This document shows, piece after piece, positions 42,120 to 51,897 of a stretch of DNA of 64,000 bases. The translations under genes were made by a program, and so were the position numbers. How positions within the stretch are numbered: position 1 is the stretch's first letter; every line of letters starts with the position of its first letter. The notes beneath the pieces are model-generated. The model did not search any database. It saw only the letters and a list, made by a program, of their open reading frames with translations, and had not been told where the DNA came from. This DNA is from Verrucomicrobiota bacterium (GTDB lineage Bacteria; Verrucomicrobiota; Verrucomicrobiia; Chthoniobacterales; UBA10450): the NCBI GenBank assembly GCA_041167325.1, contig JBEEHH010000011.1, positions 142,653-206,652 of the forward strand, written 5' to 3'.

Positions 42120-43837
42120 GCCTGCAGCCGGCAGCCGATTATCCAATGCACGACCACGCTCCTTCTGCCCGGCGCCTAATAAGTCACTGCCCAACCTGTC
42201 GTAGCGGGAGACTACACTATGCCTTCTCGGTATCTGGTCACCGAGTGGTGCGATGTGACGACTGCGGCTTGCTCATGGCAAATCCACAGCCAAGCGATGA
42301 CGAACTGGCGAGCATTTATGGAAAGGGCTACTTCCTCGTGGAGGAGACCGAGGCGGGCCAGAGGGATGTTGACGAGCTGAAACAAGGCACAGCTGATCTC
42401 TATCTGGATTTGTTGGAACGCTATCGGGGAAAAGCGCCGGGAACACTATTGGAGATTGGCTGCGGCCAGGGAGATTTCCTGGTGCGCGCCGCCGAGCGCG
42501 GCCTTGCAGTCACCGGCATAGAATATTCCGAGCATGCGTGTGAAGTTGCCCGACGAAAACTTGGAAACTCCCCGAGCTCGATGGTCCTTCGCGGCGAGAT
42601 CAGTTCCCTTTCGAGAACGGATCAATACGACATTTGCGCCTGTTCGGACCTAATCGAACACGTCCGAGACCCACGCCTTTTCCTCGAGCAAGTTCATAAG
42701 TTGCTGCGCCCGGAGGGTGTTGTGTTGATAGCCACGCCCACGCTCGATTCCTGGTCAGCGCGTCTCTTAAAAAACCGGTGGATGGAATTCAAGGCCGAAC
42801 ACCTCTTCTACTTTAAGGCAGCCACGCTCCAAACCCTCTTGATCGATTGTGGGTTCCAACAGATTATCGATCGCCCGGGGGTAAAGACGCTCAGCATTGA
42901 CTACGTAGCCAAACATTTTGAGCGCTATCCGGTGCCGACGCTGTCGTGGTTAGTGAGGGCAGTACGACGCGCCACGCCCGCACCTCTCCGGCGCAAAGCT
43001 CTCCGGGTAGTTGCAAGCGGCATGGTCTTGATGGCGCGTAAACAGGAGAAGCGCCAGGCCCATCGGCTCTCAGTTATATTACCTGTCTACAATGAGGCGC
43101 AGACCTTTCGGGTCGCATTCGATCGGCTCCTCGATAAAAAGATGGAAGACATCGATATAGAAATCATCATTGTGGAGAGCAATTCCACGGATGGAAGCCG
43201 AGAGCAGGTGCTGGAATATCGACAACATCCACGCGTGAAGGTCGTCTTGGAAGACACTCCGCGGGGCAAAGGGCATGCAGTTCGTGCCGGGCTCCAGCAT
43301 GTTACCGGCGACTTTGTAATGATCCAGGACGCCGACTTGGAATATGACCTGGAAGACTATGAGGCATTGCTCGAACCGCTTCTCTATGGCCGGGCCGCTT
43401 TTGTGCTGGGTGCGCGCCATGGTGGAGGTGCGTGGAAGATGCGTCAGTTTAACGATCAGCCCATCGTCGCCGCGATACTTAATCTCGCCCACTGGTGCTT
43501 CACAGCCTCGATCAATATCTGCTTCGGTTCCCGGCTAAAGGATCCGTTTACCATGTATAAGGTGTTTCGCCGGGATTGCCTTTATGGATTGCGGCTGGAG
43601 TGCGACCGGTTCGATTTCGATTGGGAATTGGTTATCAAGTTCTTGCTCAAAGGTTACAAACCAACCGAAATTCCCGTTAACTACCGGTCACGCTCTTTTG
43701 CGGAAGGAAAAAAAGTATCGCTCTTTCGCGATCCGCTCACCTGGATGAGGATTTTGTTCAAGCTCCGCTTTTCTCGCTTCGATACCCTCGATGAAGTTGA
43801 ACGCCAGCGGCGAGAACGAACTGACGCCGATTCATAG
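42116..43837 (+). CDS. Three-module fusion: zinc ribbon + class I SAM methyltransferase + GT2 (polyprenyl-phosphate-glycosyltransferase-like)
   Basis: 573 aa. CPTCRSGRL...CDDCGL, then LLEIGCGQGDFLV and LRPEGVVLIATP, then LSVILPVYNEAQTF, IIIVESNSTDGS and MIQDADLEYD. Confidence 0.85.
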   Translation: MSLQPAADYPMHDHAPSARRLISHCPTCRSGRLHYAFSVSGHRVVRCDDCGLLMANPQPSDDELASIYGKGYFLVEETEAGQRDVDELKQGTADLYLDLLERYRGKAPGTLLEIGCGQGDFLVRAAERGLAVTGIEYSEHACEVARRKLGNSPSSMVLRGEISSLSRTDQYDICACSDLIEHVRDPRLFLEQVHKLLRPEGVVLIATPTLDSWSARLLKNRWMEFKAEHLFYFKAATLQTLLIDCGFQQIIDRPGVKTLSIDYVAKHFERYPVPTLSWLVRAVRRATPAPLRRKALRVVASGMVLMARKQEKRQAHRLSVILPVYNEAQTFRVAFDRLLDKKMEDIDIEIIIVESNSTDGSREQVLEYRQHPRVKVVLEDTPRGKGHAVRAGLQHVTGDFVMIQDADLEYDLEDYEALLEPLLYGRAAFVLGARHGGGAWKMRQFNDQPIVAAILNLAHWCFTASINICFGSRLKDPFTMYKVFRRDCLYGLRLECDRFDFDWELVIKFLLKGYKPTEIPVNYRSRSFAEGKKVSLFRDPLTWMRILFKLRFSRFDTLDEVERQRRERTDADS

Positions 43838-43867
43838 ATAGTTGGGCGATTAAAGCAGCCCAAAGTT

Positions 43868-46800
43868 ATGAAGCTCTCCGTGCCGAAACTGCAGATTTGG
43901 TTGGTTCTCTTGCTGGCCGCAATTTTTGCGGGCGCCGTTGCCCTCATCGTCTCGGCGCTCACGCCAGGATTTCATCTCGAGATCACCATGACCTCGTCGC
44001 GAGGTGGCACGGCTCGCGCTTTCTATGACATCGGCGCAGGCATCAATGAGCGACACTCCGCTCGCACCGCGTTGCAGAGCGGTCCCAGAATCCTGTATCG
44101 TTTTCCTCTTCCGGAAGGTGACTTCCGGGCGATTCAATTTCATCCAGCGGATCGCGGTAACTGTGACATTGTCCTTCACAGCGTTAGGATCGTGGATCTG
44201 TTTGGGCGCCCGGTCAGGGATTTCTCTACCAGGGACCTGGTCGCCGGCCATGGCATCTCTCGCTTTGAAGTGGCTGGTAGCGAAGTGAAACTCACCCTCG
44301 GATCTGGAGACACCGACTCGACACTTATCCTAAGTCCCGGCTTAGCGTTATCGTTGCGCTCGGCCGGTGCCAGCAGGTGGATTTATGGCCTGAGGCTTTT
44401 CTTGATCTCATTTCTCCCGCTGGCTCTGGCGGGCATCGCCTGGCTGGTCTTCGCGCCTCCACTTTGGCGGAAACTAGAACCGAGCTATTCGAGAATTGCC
44501 GAATGGGGCCGCGGTCATCCTCGCCGGGCGATACTCATTCTCTCGTTCATGAGCGTCATCGTCAGTTGTTATCCTGTCGTATTTCTCGGCCGAAGCTTTG
44601 TTTCCGCAAACATCGTTCCCATGCTTTATCCCACCCCTCCGACCTTGCCGGGCCATCGCGACACGCGTTCCGAAAACTTCAACGGGGCAGATAATGGAGC
44701 CATGATGTGGTATTTCGTTCCAATTACCTTCGTCCAAAGCCGGGCTCTGGCTCGGGACGTCGAACTGCCCCTTTGGAACCGGTATAATTCAGGCGGGGTC
44801 ACTTTGCTTGGGCAAGGCCAGTCCATGTTCGGAGATCCCTTGCACATGCTGGTGGTTGCCGCGGCGGGAGAGGCCTGGGCCTGGGACCTTAAATTTCTCC
44901 TGGCGAAGGTTCTATTTTGTTGGGGAATCGGTCTTGCAGTCTACGCCTCTTCCCGGCATTTGACTGTAGCGCTGTTATTGGCCTGCTCTTCAGCGTTTAT
45001 CGGGTTCTTCGCCTACCGGTTCAACCATCCGGCGTTCTTTAGTCTGTGTTACGCGCCATGGCTTCTGTTGAGTTGGATTGAGATAACACGTGCTGCCACC
45101 GCGCGAGCTGGCGCTCGCTGGATACTAGTGCTTCTCCTGGCGACCTGGGCAGAGTTAAACAGCGGCACGGCAAAGGAAGCTTACATGCTACTTTTAAACC
45201 TGCATGGGTGCGGTCTCTTAATCTTCCTTCTGTCGCCGACCACTCACCGGAACCGAAAGCTGATCCATCTTAGCATCGCCGGGACAGCCTTCCTTCTTAT
45301 CTCTGCTCCCGTGTGGCTCACCTTCTTCGATGCATTGCGGAAGGCTCGTGTTATGTACAAAGAAGCCGCGTTGGTTTTCCAAATCCAGCCAGGTCTACTC
45401 ATAGGCCTCTTTGACGACATCTTCCATCGCGTGCTCAATCCGGGCAACTGGGTTTACAACCCGTCCGCGAATTTTCTCATCCTTCTTGGATGTATATTTG
45501 CGATAATTTACTTCAGAAGCCTTGTCCGGAATCGGATTTTCCTGGGAGTAGGTTTGGCAGCGCTCTGCTCGCTTGCGCTGGTCTTCGGGGTGGTCCCTCC
45601 ACAGTTGATCGAACGGATCCCAATGATCAAAAACATCTGGCACGTGGACAATACTTTTTCCTGCGGCTTGATTATTGAGCTGGTGGTGCTGGCGGGATTT
45701 GGCTTCAAGTTCTATTTGGAACGTGGAATTCGGAGAGGGTGGAAGATGGATCTTACCCTGCTCACTTTGGTGCTCCTTACGATCTTCGGCTCCTATCTCG
45801 GCCTGACGCACGCTTGGCAGCGACCTCCAAATAGCTTTGCGCCGCTGGCGCCAACAGGAGTGATGAACGCTTTCTTTTACCTTTACAGCTTTTCCCTCAT
45901 GGTGGCATTGGTGGCCCTGCCCTGGCTCGTCCGAGCCCTGGTTCGACGATCTTCTTTTGCCTTCTTGGTCGGGCCAATTGTTCTCCTGGCTCTAATTTGT
46001 TTGCACTGGCGGCATGGGTTTCAAATGAACACTGGGGTAGCTCAAATCGATGACTATGTCGTCAACCCTGCCCCACGGATCGACCTGCGCGCCGGTTCGC
46101 TCGCCATGGACTTCATCCAGAATCAGCCGGGCGTTTATCGCACCGTCGGCGTCGGCAGTGTCTTGTTTGCGGGCTTTAATGGCATTCCCGGTCTGGAATC
46201 ACTCTCCGGCCCGGATGCGCTTATGAATCCCTACTACCATCAGTTACTTCTCTCCGCTGGGATTACACAGGACTGGGGCTGGAGATGGGTCGTCGAACGG
46301 GAGAAAGTGAAAACCGCTCTCCCACTCTACAATTTGCTTAATGTCCGATATTTTCTGGACATGCCTATGAGGGGTCGGGCCCCCCTCTTTGAGGGCGAGC
46401 CCAAACGGCTTGATTTAGAAATTTCGCAAAATGAAGGAGCGTGGCCTCGCGCGTTCTTTGCCGGCGACGTCCGGAGTTACGATCGGGTGGACGAGTTTGT
46501 GCAGATGCTGCGTCAGGAGGATTCCCATCCATTTGCCGCCGTTCAAAAAGGAGAAAGGACTGGCCTTACAGATGAAGCGTTAATTTTTGGTAACTCAGTT
46601 AGCGCAGCACCTTCACTGGTCGTTCCGGCTCGCGACTATCAATTGACCAATAACACTACGACTTTCACTATCGACGCGCCCGGTCCAGGTGTGGCGGTTC
46701 TGACAGAAGCGTATCTCGCCGGCGACTTCAGGGTAAGTGTTAACGGAGCAGCCGCGGATTACTTTCGCGTTAATCACGCCTTCCGCGGCGTCGCTCTCCC

Positions 46801-46963
46801 GGCCGCCGGCAAATATGTTATTTCCTATTCGTATTGGCCGAAACATTTCACGGTCTCTTTGCTCATGGCCGCGTTTGGCGCATTGCTGCTCGGCGGATGG
46901 ATGATAGTTACCTTTCGGCGCGCATTGCCCGCACGTGAAGACGATTTGCTCGCCCCAGGTTAA
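43868..46963 (+). CDS. Very large polytopic membrane protein, YfhO-like GT-C candidate
   Basis: 1031 aa with an N-terminal extracytoplasmic domain of about 150 aa. About 15 or more TM segments; loop motif ELPLWNRYNSGGVTLLGQGQSMFGDPLHML. The C-terminal soluble domain ends in a final TM helix. Confidence 0.65.
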   Translation: MKLSVPKLQIWLVLLLAAIFAGAVALIVSALTPGFHLEITMTSSRGGTARAFYDIGAGINERHSARTALQSGPRILYRFPLPEGDFRAIQFHPADRGNCDIVLHSVRIVDLFGRPVRDFSTRDLVAGHGISRFEVAGSEVKLTLGSGDTDSTLILSPGLALSLRSAGASRWIYGLRLFLISFLPLALAGIAWLVFAPPLWRKLEPSYSRIAEWGRGHPRRAILILSFMSVIVSCYPVVFLGRSFVSANIVPMLYPTPPTLPGHRDTRSENFNGADNGAMMWYFVPITFVQSRALARDVELPLWNRYNSGGVTLLGQGQSMFGDPLHMLVVAAAGEAWAWDLKFLLAKVLFCWGIGLAVYASSRHLTVALLLACSSAFIGFFAYRFNHPAFFSLCYAPWLLLSWIEITRAATARAGARWILVLLLATWAELNSGTAKEAYMLLLNLHGCGLLIFLLSPTTHRNRKLIHLSIAGTAFLLISAPVWLTFFDALRKARVMYKEAALVFQIQPGLLIGLFDDIFHRVLNPGNWVYNPSANFLILLGCIFAIIYFRSLVRNRIFLGVGLAALCSLALVFGVVPPQLIERIPMIKNIWHVDNTFSCGLIIELVVLAGFGFKFYLERGIRRGWKMDLTLLTLVLLTIFGSYLGLTHAWQRPPNSFAPLAPTGVMNAFFYLYSFSLMVALVALPWLVRALVRRSSFAFLVGPIVLLALICLHWRHGFQMNTGVAQIDDYVVNPAPRIDLRAGSLAMDFIQNQPGVYRTVGVGSVLFAGFNGIPGLESLSGPDALMNPYYHQLLLSAGITQDWGWRWVVEREKVKTALPLYNLLNVRYFLDMPMRGRAPLFEGEPKRLDLEISQNEGAWPRAFFAGDVRSYDRVDEFVQMLRQEDSHPFAAVQKGERTGLTDEALIFGNSVSAAPSLVVPARDYQLTNNTTTFTIDAPGPGVAVLTEAYLAGDFRVSVNGAAADYFRVNHAFRGVALPAAGKYVISYSYWPKHFTVSLLMAAFGALLLGGWMIVTFRRALPAREDDLLAPG

Positions 46964-46965
46964 AT

Positions 46966-47961
46966 ATGCTAACGGCGACTTACACGCCTGGCTGGAGCGA
47001 AGTTTTCATCTCTGGAGGAGCTGGCTTTATCGGCAGCCATCTCTTGCGGTCATTGCTTGGGGATCCCAGGGTGAAGCGGACCGTCATTTTCGACAACTTC
47101 ACTTCCGGGCGACTATCGTATCTCGAAGAAGTTTCGAGTGACGCCCGCGTGCAGATCGTAAACGCGGACTTGAAGGATGTCGCGGCCGTTACTTCGGCGA
47201 TGGCGGGCTGTGATACGATCTTTCACCTCGCGGCCAACCCGGACATTGCCAAGGCAGTCACGCAACCCGACATCGACTTCTGGGAAGGAACCTATCTCAC
47301 CCAGAATATTCTCGAAGCGATGCGGATCAACAACGTCCGCAAGATTCTGTATACCTCCGGCAGCGGCGTTTACGGGGAAAACCCTGGGGTAGCGTTCGCG
47401 GAGGATTACGGCCCAAGCATCCCCATCTCGACTTATGGCGCAAGCAAGCTCGCGTGCGAAGGCCTTATCGCCGCTTACTGTCATATGTTCGATCTTTGCG
47501 GGCGGGTGTTTCGCTTTGCCAATGTAGTGGGCGCCCGGCAAACCCACGGCGTCGGCTATGATTTTGTCCGTCGCCTGTGTTCCGATCCCACCCGGCTGCG
47601 GATCCTTGGCGATGGCAGCCAGAAGAAGAGTTACATTCATGTCGAGGATGTCCTGGCCGCGATTCGGCTGGCGGACGCGCGTGCCACCAGGAGATACGAT
47701 GTCTTCAATGTAGCTACAGGTGATTACATCACGGTTCGCGAGATTGCCGACCTGGCCGTGAAGGTAAGTGGTATTCCGGTCGGAGAGACCACTTATGAAT
47801 TTACAGGAGGCGACCGTGGCTGGAAAGGTGATGTGCCGATCGTGCAATTTGATTGCTCGAAGATCGAAGCCCTCGGGTGGCGGTGCCAGCGGACCTCGGC
47901 CGAAGCTGTCACCGGCGCGATGAAAACTATGCGGATGGAGTTAGATCATGAGCGACGTTAA
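46966..47961 (+). CDS. Extended SDR, NAD-dependent nucleotide-sugar epimerase (paralog of 37018..37986)
   Basis: VFISGGAGFIGSHLLRSLL, YGASK, and GGDRGWKGDVP. Confidence 0.85.
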   Translation: MLTATYTPGWSEVFISGGAGFIGSHLLRSLLGDPRVKRTVIFDNFTSGRLSYLEEVSSDARVQIVNADLKDVAAVTSAMAGCDTIFHLAANPDIAKAVTQPDIDFWEGTYLTQNILEAMRINNVRKILYTSGSGVYGENPGVAFAEDYGPSIPISTYGASKLACEGLIAAYCHMFDLCGRVFRFANVVGARQTHGVGYDFVRRLCSDPTRLRILGDGSQKKSYIHVEDVLAAIRLADARATRRYDVFNVATGDYITVREIADLAVKVSGIPVGETTYEFTGGDRGWKGDVPIVQFDCSKIEALGWRCQRTSAEAVTGAMKTMRMELDHERR

Positions 47962-49141
47962 ACACCGATTGCCGCCCGGCCTCGTTCCAAGTCCGGTCGA
48001 CGTCAGCATCGTCGTGCCCGCTTTGAACGAAGAGATCACCGTGGGTGAATTCGTCGATTGGTGCAAGGAAGGCGTGAAGCGAGCTGGTGTAACCGGGCAG
48101 ATTCTGATTGTAGATAGCTCGACCGATAAGACGCCGGAGATTGTCCTGGCGCATGGCGGCGAAGTCCTGCGCACTCCCAAACGTGGGCTTGGCCGGGCTT
48201 ACATTGATGCCGCTAGCTACATCCGCGGCAAATGGATTGTCATGGGCGACGCTGACCTGAGCTACGATTTCCGCGAACTAGCTTTCTTTGTAGAAGCTTT
48301 CCGCAACGGGGCTGAGTTTGTCATGGGCAGCCGTTTTCGCGGCAGCATAGAGAAAGGTGCGATGCCCGGCCTGCATCGTTATTTTGGCACACCCCTGACA
48401 ACCTGGATTTTGAATCGGATCTATCACAGCCGCTATTCCGATATCCATTGCGGGATGCGCGGCCTGACCCGCGCGGCCTTCGATAAGATCGACCTGAAGT
48501 CTCAGTCGTGGGAGTACGCCAGCGAGATGGTGCTGAAGGCGGCGCGACTGCGTTTGGCTACGGCTGAGGTGCCCGTAAAATTCTACAAAGACCGGGAGGG
48601 ACGGCTCAGTCATCATCGCCGGATGGGCTGGCTCTCTCCCTGGATTGCCGGGTGGTTGAACCTGAAAGTCATGCTGGTGTATACGCCCGACTCCTTTCTC
48701 CTGAGGCCGGGAATTGTTCTTACCGCCATCGGCGCGGTTATCGCGAGCGCACTGGCCGTCGGACCGATCACGATCGGAGGAGTTGGCTTAAGCCTGTATT
48801 GGATGCTGTTCGGAGTGACCTGTGTAACTCTCGGCTACAGTTCCATCCAGATTGGAGTGCTGGCGAGAGTGATGCACGGGCTCCGCGCTCAATCCCTGAG
48901 ACGATTGCGCCGGGTTCTTACCTACGACCGTGGGATGGCCATCTCGGGTGGTTGCGTGGTGGTCGGCATTGTTCTGCTAGGCACGCTCGTTTACCGTTAT
49001 TTGCGTGCCGATTTCCGTTTATACGAGATCTCGCATCCGGCGATCTTCGGGTTACTCCTTGTCATTGTCGGCTTCCAGACTTTCTGCTTCACCTTATTAC
49101 TAGAGATGGTGCAACGGGTAGCGCCCGAGCGAAAAGTGTGA
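47948..49141 (+). CDS. GT2 glycosyltransferase with C-terminal TM helices (GtrB/ArnC/DPM-like polyprenyl-phosphate glycosyltransferase candidate)
   Basis: 397 aa. VSIVVPALNEEITV, LIVDSSTDKT, and VMGDADLSYD. Four hydrophobic helices lie in the last 170 aa or so. Confidence 0.8.
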   Translation: MSDVKHRLPPGLVPSPVDVSIVVPALNEEITVGEFVDWCKEGVKRAGVTGQILIVDSSTDKTPEIVLAHGGEVLRTPKRGLGRAYIDAASYIRGKWIVMGDADLSYDFRELAFFVEAFRNGAEFVMGSRFRGSIEKGAMPGLHRYFGTPLTTWILNRIYHSRYSDIHCGMRGLTRAAFDKIDLKSQSWEYASEMVLKAARLRLATAEVPVKFYKDREGRLSHHRRMGWLSPWIAGWLNLKVMLVYTPDSFLLRPGIVLTAIGAVIASALAVGPITIGGVGLSLYWMLFGVTCVTLGYSSIQIGVLARVMHGLRAQSLRRLRRVLTYDRGMAISGGCVVVGIVLLGTLVYRYLRADFRLYEISHPAIFGLLLVIVGFQTFCFTLLLEMVQRVAPERKV

Positions 49142-49755
49142 ACACCCGAACGCATGAGGCCTATGGCGAACAACGCCTCACCTTCGTCGATCGCGCCGGC
49201 GTTTGGCTGTCGCAGCGCGCCATCTTGCGTTATCTGCCCAGGCGCCCGGACCTGGAGGTCCTGGAACTGGGCTGCGGTTTTCGCGCGACCCAGCTCGTAG
49301 CACTCGGGCCGCGCCTGAAGCGCGGCATCGGTGTCGACTTCCGGATCGCTCCGGAAGTGCAAACCTCGGCGAAGTTTAGCTTCCATGAAGGCGCCATCGA
49401 GGAAACACTTCCGAAACTCCAGGCTGAGCGCCTTGACGCAATCATGCTCATCTCCGTGCTGGAACATCTGCGCGACGCGCTTTTCGTCATCGAAGCGACG
49501 CGACGAATGCTGAAGCCTTCGGGCGTGCTGCTAATCAATGTTCCAACGTGGTGCGGTAAGAGTTTCCTGGAGCTTTCCGCTTTCCGGCTCGGTCTTAGTC
49601 CCCGGATCGAGATGGACGATCATAAGATGTATTACGACAAGCGAGACCTTTGGCCGTTGCTGGTGCGGGCCGGTTTCAAACCGAGCCTGATCAAGCTTCG
49701 TTACCATAAGCTTGGCCTCAATCTTTTCGCGGCAGCTACTCGCGAGAATGTCTAG
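49138..49755 (+). CDS. Class I SAM-dependent methyltransferase
   Basis: VLELGCGFRATQL, MLISVLEHL, and LKPSGVLLINVP. The GTG at 49138 forms a GTGA overlap with the GT2 stop. The track ORF starting at 48652 is an out-of-frame shadow over the GT2 gene. Confidence 0.75.
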   Translation: MNTRTHEAYGEQRLTFVDRAGVWLSQRAILRYLPRRPDLEVLELGCGFRATQLVALGPRLKRGIGVDFRIAPEVQTSAKFSFHEGAIEETLPKLQAERLDAIMLISVLEHLRDALFVIEATRRMLKPSGVLLINVPTWCGKSFLELSAFRLGLSPRIEMDDHKMYYDKRDLWPLLVRAGFKPSLIKLRYHKLGLNLFAAATRENV

Positions 49756-50526
49756 CGCGCCTCGTTCTTCGCCCGACGACTGGGACGCGCATTGGGAACA
49801 TTACGCCGAGTCGGCCGGGCAGAACCCGGCGCAACGGATGCGCCACGAAATCATCGCGCGTTGCTTTGTGGGAACGCTGCGAGCGCTCCGATGCGCGTTT
49901 TTGATCCCGGCAGCGGCCAGGGAGATCTGGCGCAAAAGCTCGACACGCTGCTGCCCGATGCGCAGTTATTGCGAGCGGAGCTGAGCGAACAGGGCGTGGC
50001 AATTTCCCGCCGCAAAGTCCCTCGAGCCAGCTTTATCGTTGCCGACATTTTTGCGCCGCCGCCAGCGCTCGATGAGTATGCAGGCTGGGCGACGCACGCC
50101 GTCTGTTCCGAGGTGCTTGAACACGTGGACGATCCCGTCGCGTTTCTCGAACGCGCCAGCCATTACCTGGCGCAGGACGCTACCTTGATCGTCACTGTGC
50201 CGGGCGATCCAATCTCGGCGTTCGATCGCCACATCGGGCATCGCCAACATTTCGATCGCCAAAAGGTGCGGCAGATCCTCGCGCAGGCCGGGTATTCGGT
50301 CGAACGCGTCTACCTGAGTGGCTTCCCGTTTTTCAACCTATACCGCCGTTTGGTTATCGCCCGCGGCGAACGGTTGGTGTGTGACGCCGGAGCCGAATCG
50401 AGCAGGCCTTCTTCGACGCTGGCCGGCTTTATCATGAAGATGTTCCATCTTCTTTTCCATGCTAACCTGCTCGACTCACCATTTGGCTGGCAGGTGGTAG
50501 CCTTGGCCCGTAAAACTTCGGCATGA
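49748..50526 (+). CDS. Class I SAM-dependent methyltransferase with an apparent frameshift near 49860-49890 (pseudogene, assembly error, or shorter gene starting at the ATG at 49891)
   Basis: Frame A from the ATG at 49748 (8-nt overlap with the previous stop) encodes MSSAPRSSPDDWDAHWEHYAESAGQNPAQRMRHEIIARC.. and stops at 49984. Frame B (49792..50526) carries the motif I region MRVFDPGSGQGDLA, then VCSEVLEHV, and the rest of the fold. Confidence 0.6.
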
Positions 50527-50557
50527 TCGACTTCAAAGGCACCAGAATACTTAACCA

Positions 50558-51304
50558 ATGAAGCCGGCGGCTGAGGCGTTTGATCTGGCCGATTGGCCTG
50601 TGGCGATCCTGGCCGGTGGATTGGCCACGCGCCTGCGGCCGATCACGGAAACAATTCCCAAGGCGCTGGTCAATGTTGCGGGCCAGCCGTTTCTTGCGCA
50701 TCAAATGCGGTTGCTGCACGGCGCGGGCGTGAGGAAGGTCGTGCTCTGTGTCGGTTATCGAGGCGAGATGATCGAGGAGGAATTCGGTAATGGCGCCGCC
50801 TTTGGGATAGAACTGAAATACTCTTGCGATGGCCCGGACCTGCTTGGCACCGGCGGCGCAATCAAGAAAGCTCTTCCTCTCTTGGGTGAAGAATTTCTCG
50901 TGCTATATGGCGATTCGTATTTGCCGATCGACTACGCCACGCCGGCCCGCGCTTTCGCGCACAGCGGAAAACTCGGCCTGATGACCATATTCAAGAATGA
51001 AAACCGCTGGGAGCCGAGTAACGTTTGGTTTGAAGCGGATGAAATCATGCAATACGACAAGCGCAATTTGATCCCTGAAATGAAACACATCGATTATGGC
51101 CTTGGCTATCTCCGCCCGGCAGCCTTCGCTAATCGGCCTGACGGAGTCCGGTTTGACCTGGCTGATCTCTATCAGGATTTGGTGCGTGAGAAACAATTGG
51201 CCGGCTACGAAGTCGAACACCGCTTCTACGAGATCGGTTCGCCCCAAGGTCTGGCGGAACTTGATTCAATGCTGCGCGGCCAGCAACTCCCGGTTAATCC
51301 ATGA
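50558..51304 (+). CDS. hddC: Sugar-1-phosphate nucleotidyltransferase (heptose-1-phosphate guanylyltransferase-like)
   Basis: 248 aa. VAILAGGLATRLRPITETIPKALVNVAGQPFL, and YGDSY. Confidence 0.65.
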   Translation: MKPAAEAFDLADWPVAILAGGLATRLRPITETIPKALVNVAGQPFLAHQMRLLHGAGVRKVVLCVGYRGEMIEEEFGNGAAFGIELKYSCDGPDLLGTGGAIKKALPLLGEEFLVLYGDSYLPIDYATPARAFAHSGKLGLMTIFKNENRWEPSNVWFEADEIMQYDKRNLIPEMKHIDYGLGYLRPAAFANRPDGVRFDLADLYQDLVREKQLAGYEVEHRFYEIGSPQGLAELDSMLRGQQLPVNP

Positions 51305-51897
51305 GCTATTCCGAACAACATCTCCGTGAGACGACCGAGGTCGTCGCCAGGCTGGACCCGGCGCTTTGCGAGAAAGCGGTCGAGCTTCTAGTTAAAGTGC
51401 GGTCGCGCGGGGGGCGTCTTTTCATTTTGGGAGTCGGTGGCAGTGCCGCGAACGCGTCTCATGCCGTAAATGATTTTCGCAAGATCGCCGGGATGGAGTG
51501 CTATGCGCCGACCGACAATGTTTCCGAACTAACAGCCCGGACGAACGATGACGGCTGGACCACAGTTTTCGTTGAGTGGCTCAAGGGTAGCCGTCTAACA
51601 GACAAGGACGCCTTGCTCGTGCTATCGGTCGGCGGTGGTAACGTTGAAAAAAATGTCAGTCCCAATCTGGTTGCGGCCTTGCAATTGGCGAAAGAGCGCG
51701 GCAGCTCGGTGCTCGGCATTGTCGGCCGCGATGGCGGCTACACCGCCCAGGTCGCCGATGTCTGCATTATTATTCCGACGGTCAACCCGATGAATACCAC
51801 GCCGCATGCGGAAGCGTTTCAAGCAGTGGTCTGGCATTTGTTCGTCTCTCATCCCGCGCTGAAAACCGCGCAGACGAAATGGGAGAGCACGAAATAA
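51301..51897 (+). CDS. gmhA: SIS-domain sedoheptulose-7-phosphate isomerase-like protein
   Basis: 198 aa. LFILGVGGSAANASHAVNDF, and LVLSVGGGN. ATGA overlap with the upstream gene. Confidence 0.7.
   Translation: MSYSEQHLRETTEVVARLDPALCEKAVELLVKVRSRGGRLFILGVGGSAANASHAVNDFRKIAGMECYAPTDNVSELTARTNDDGWTTVFVEWLKGSRLTDKDALLVLSVGGGNVEKNVSPNLVAALQLAKERGSSVLGIVGRDGGYTAQVADVCIIIPTVNPMNTTPHAEAFQAVVWHLFVSHPALKTAQTKWESTK

Noticed and set aside
48652-49137. The 5' extension of track ORF 48652..49755, and similar upstream extensions of 36808.., 37899.., 39119.., 40842.., 52399.., 22143..22850, 16182..17054 and 19632..20579.
   Set aside because: The extensions overlap the preceding well-supported gene in another frame and add domain-less sequence. 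In each case an ATG or GTG at a 4-nt ATGA/GTGA junction, or just after the upstream stop, begins exactly at the conserved N-terminal motif of the family.
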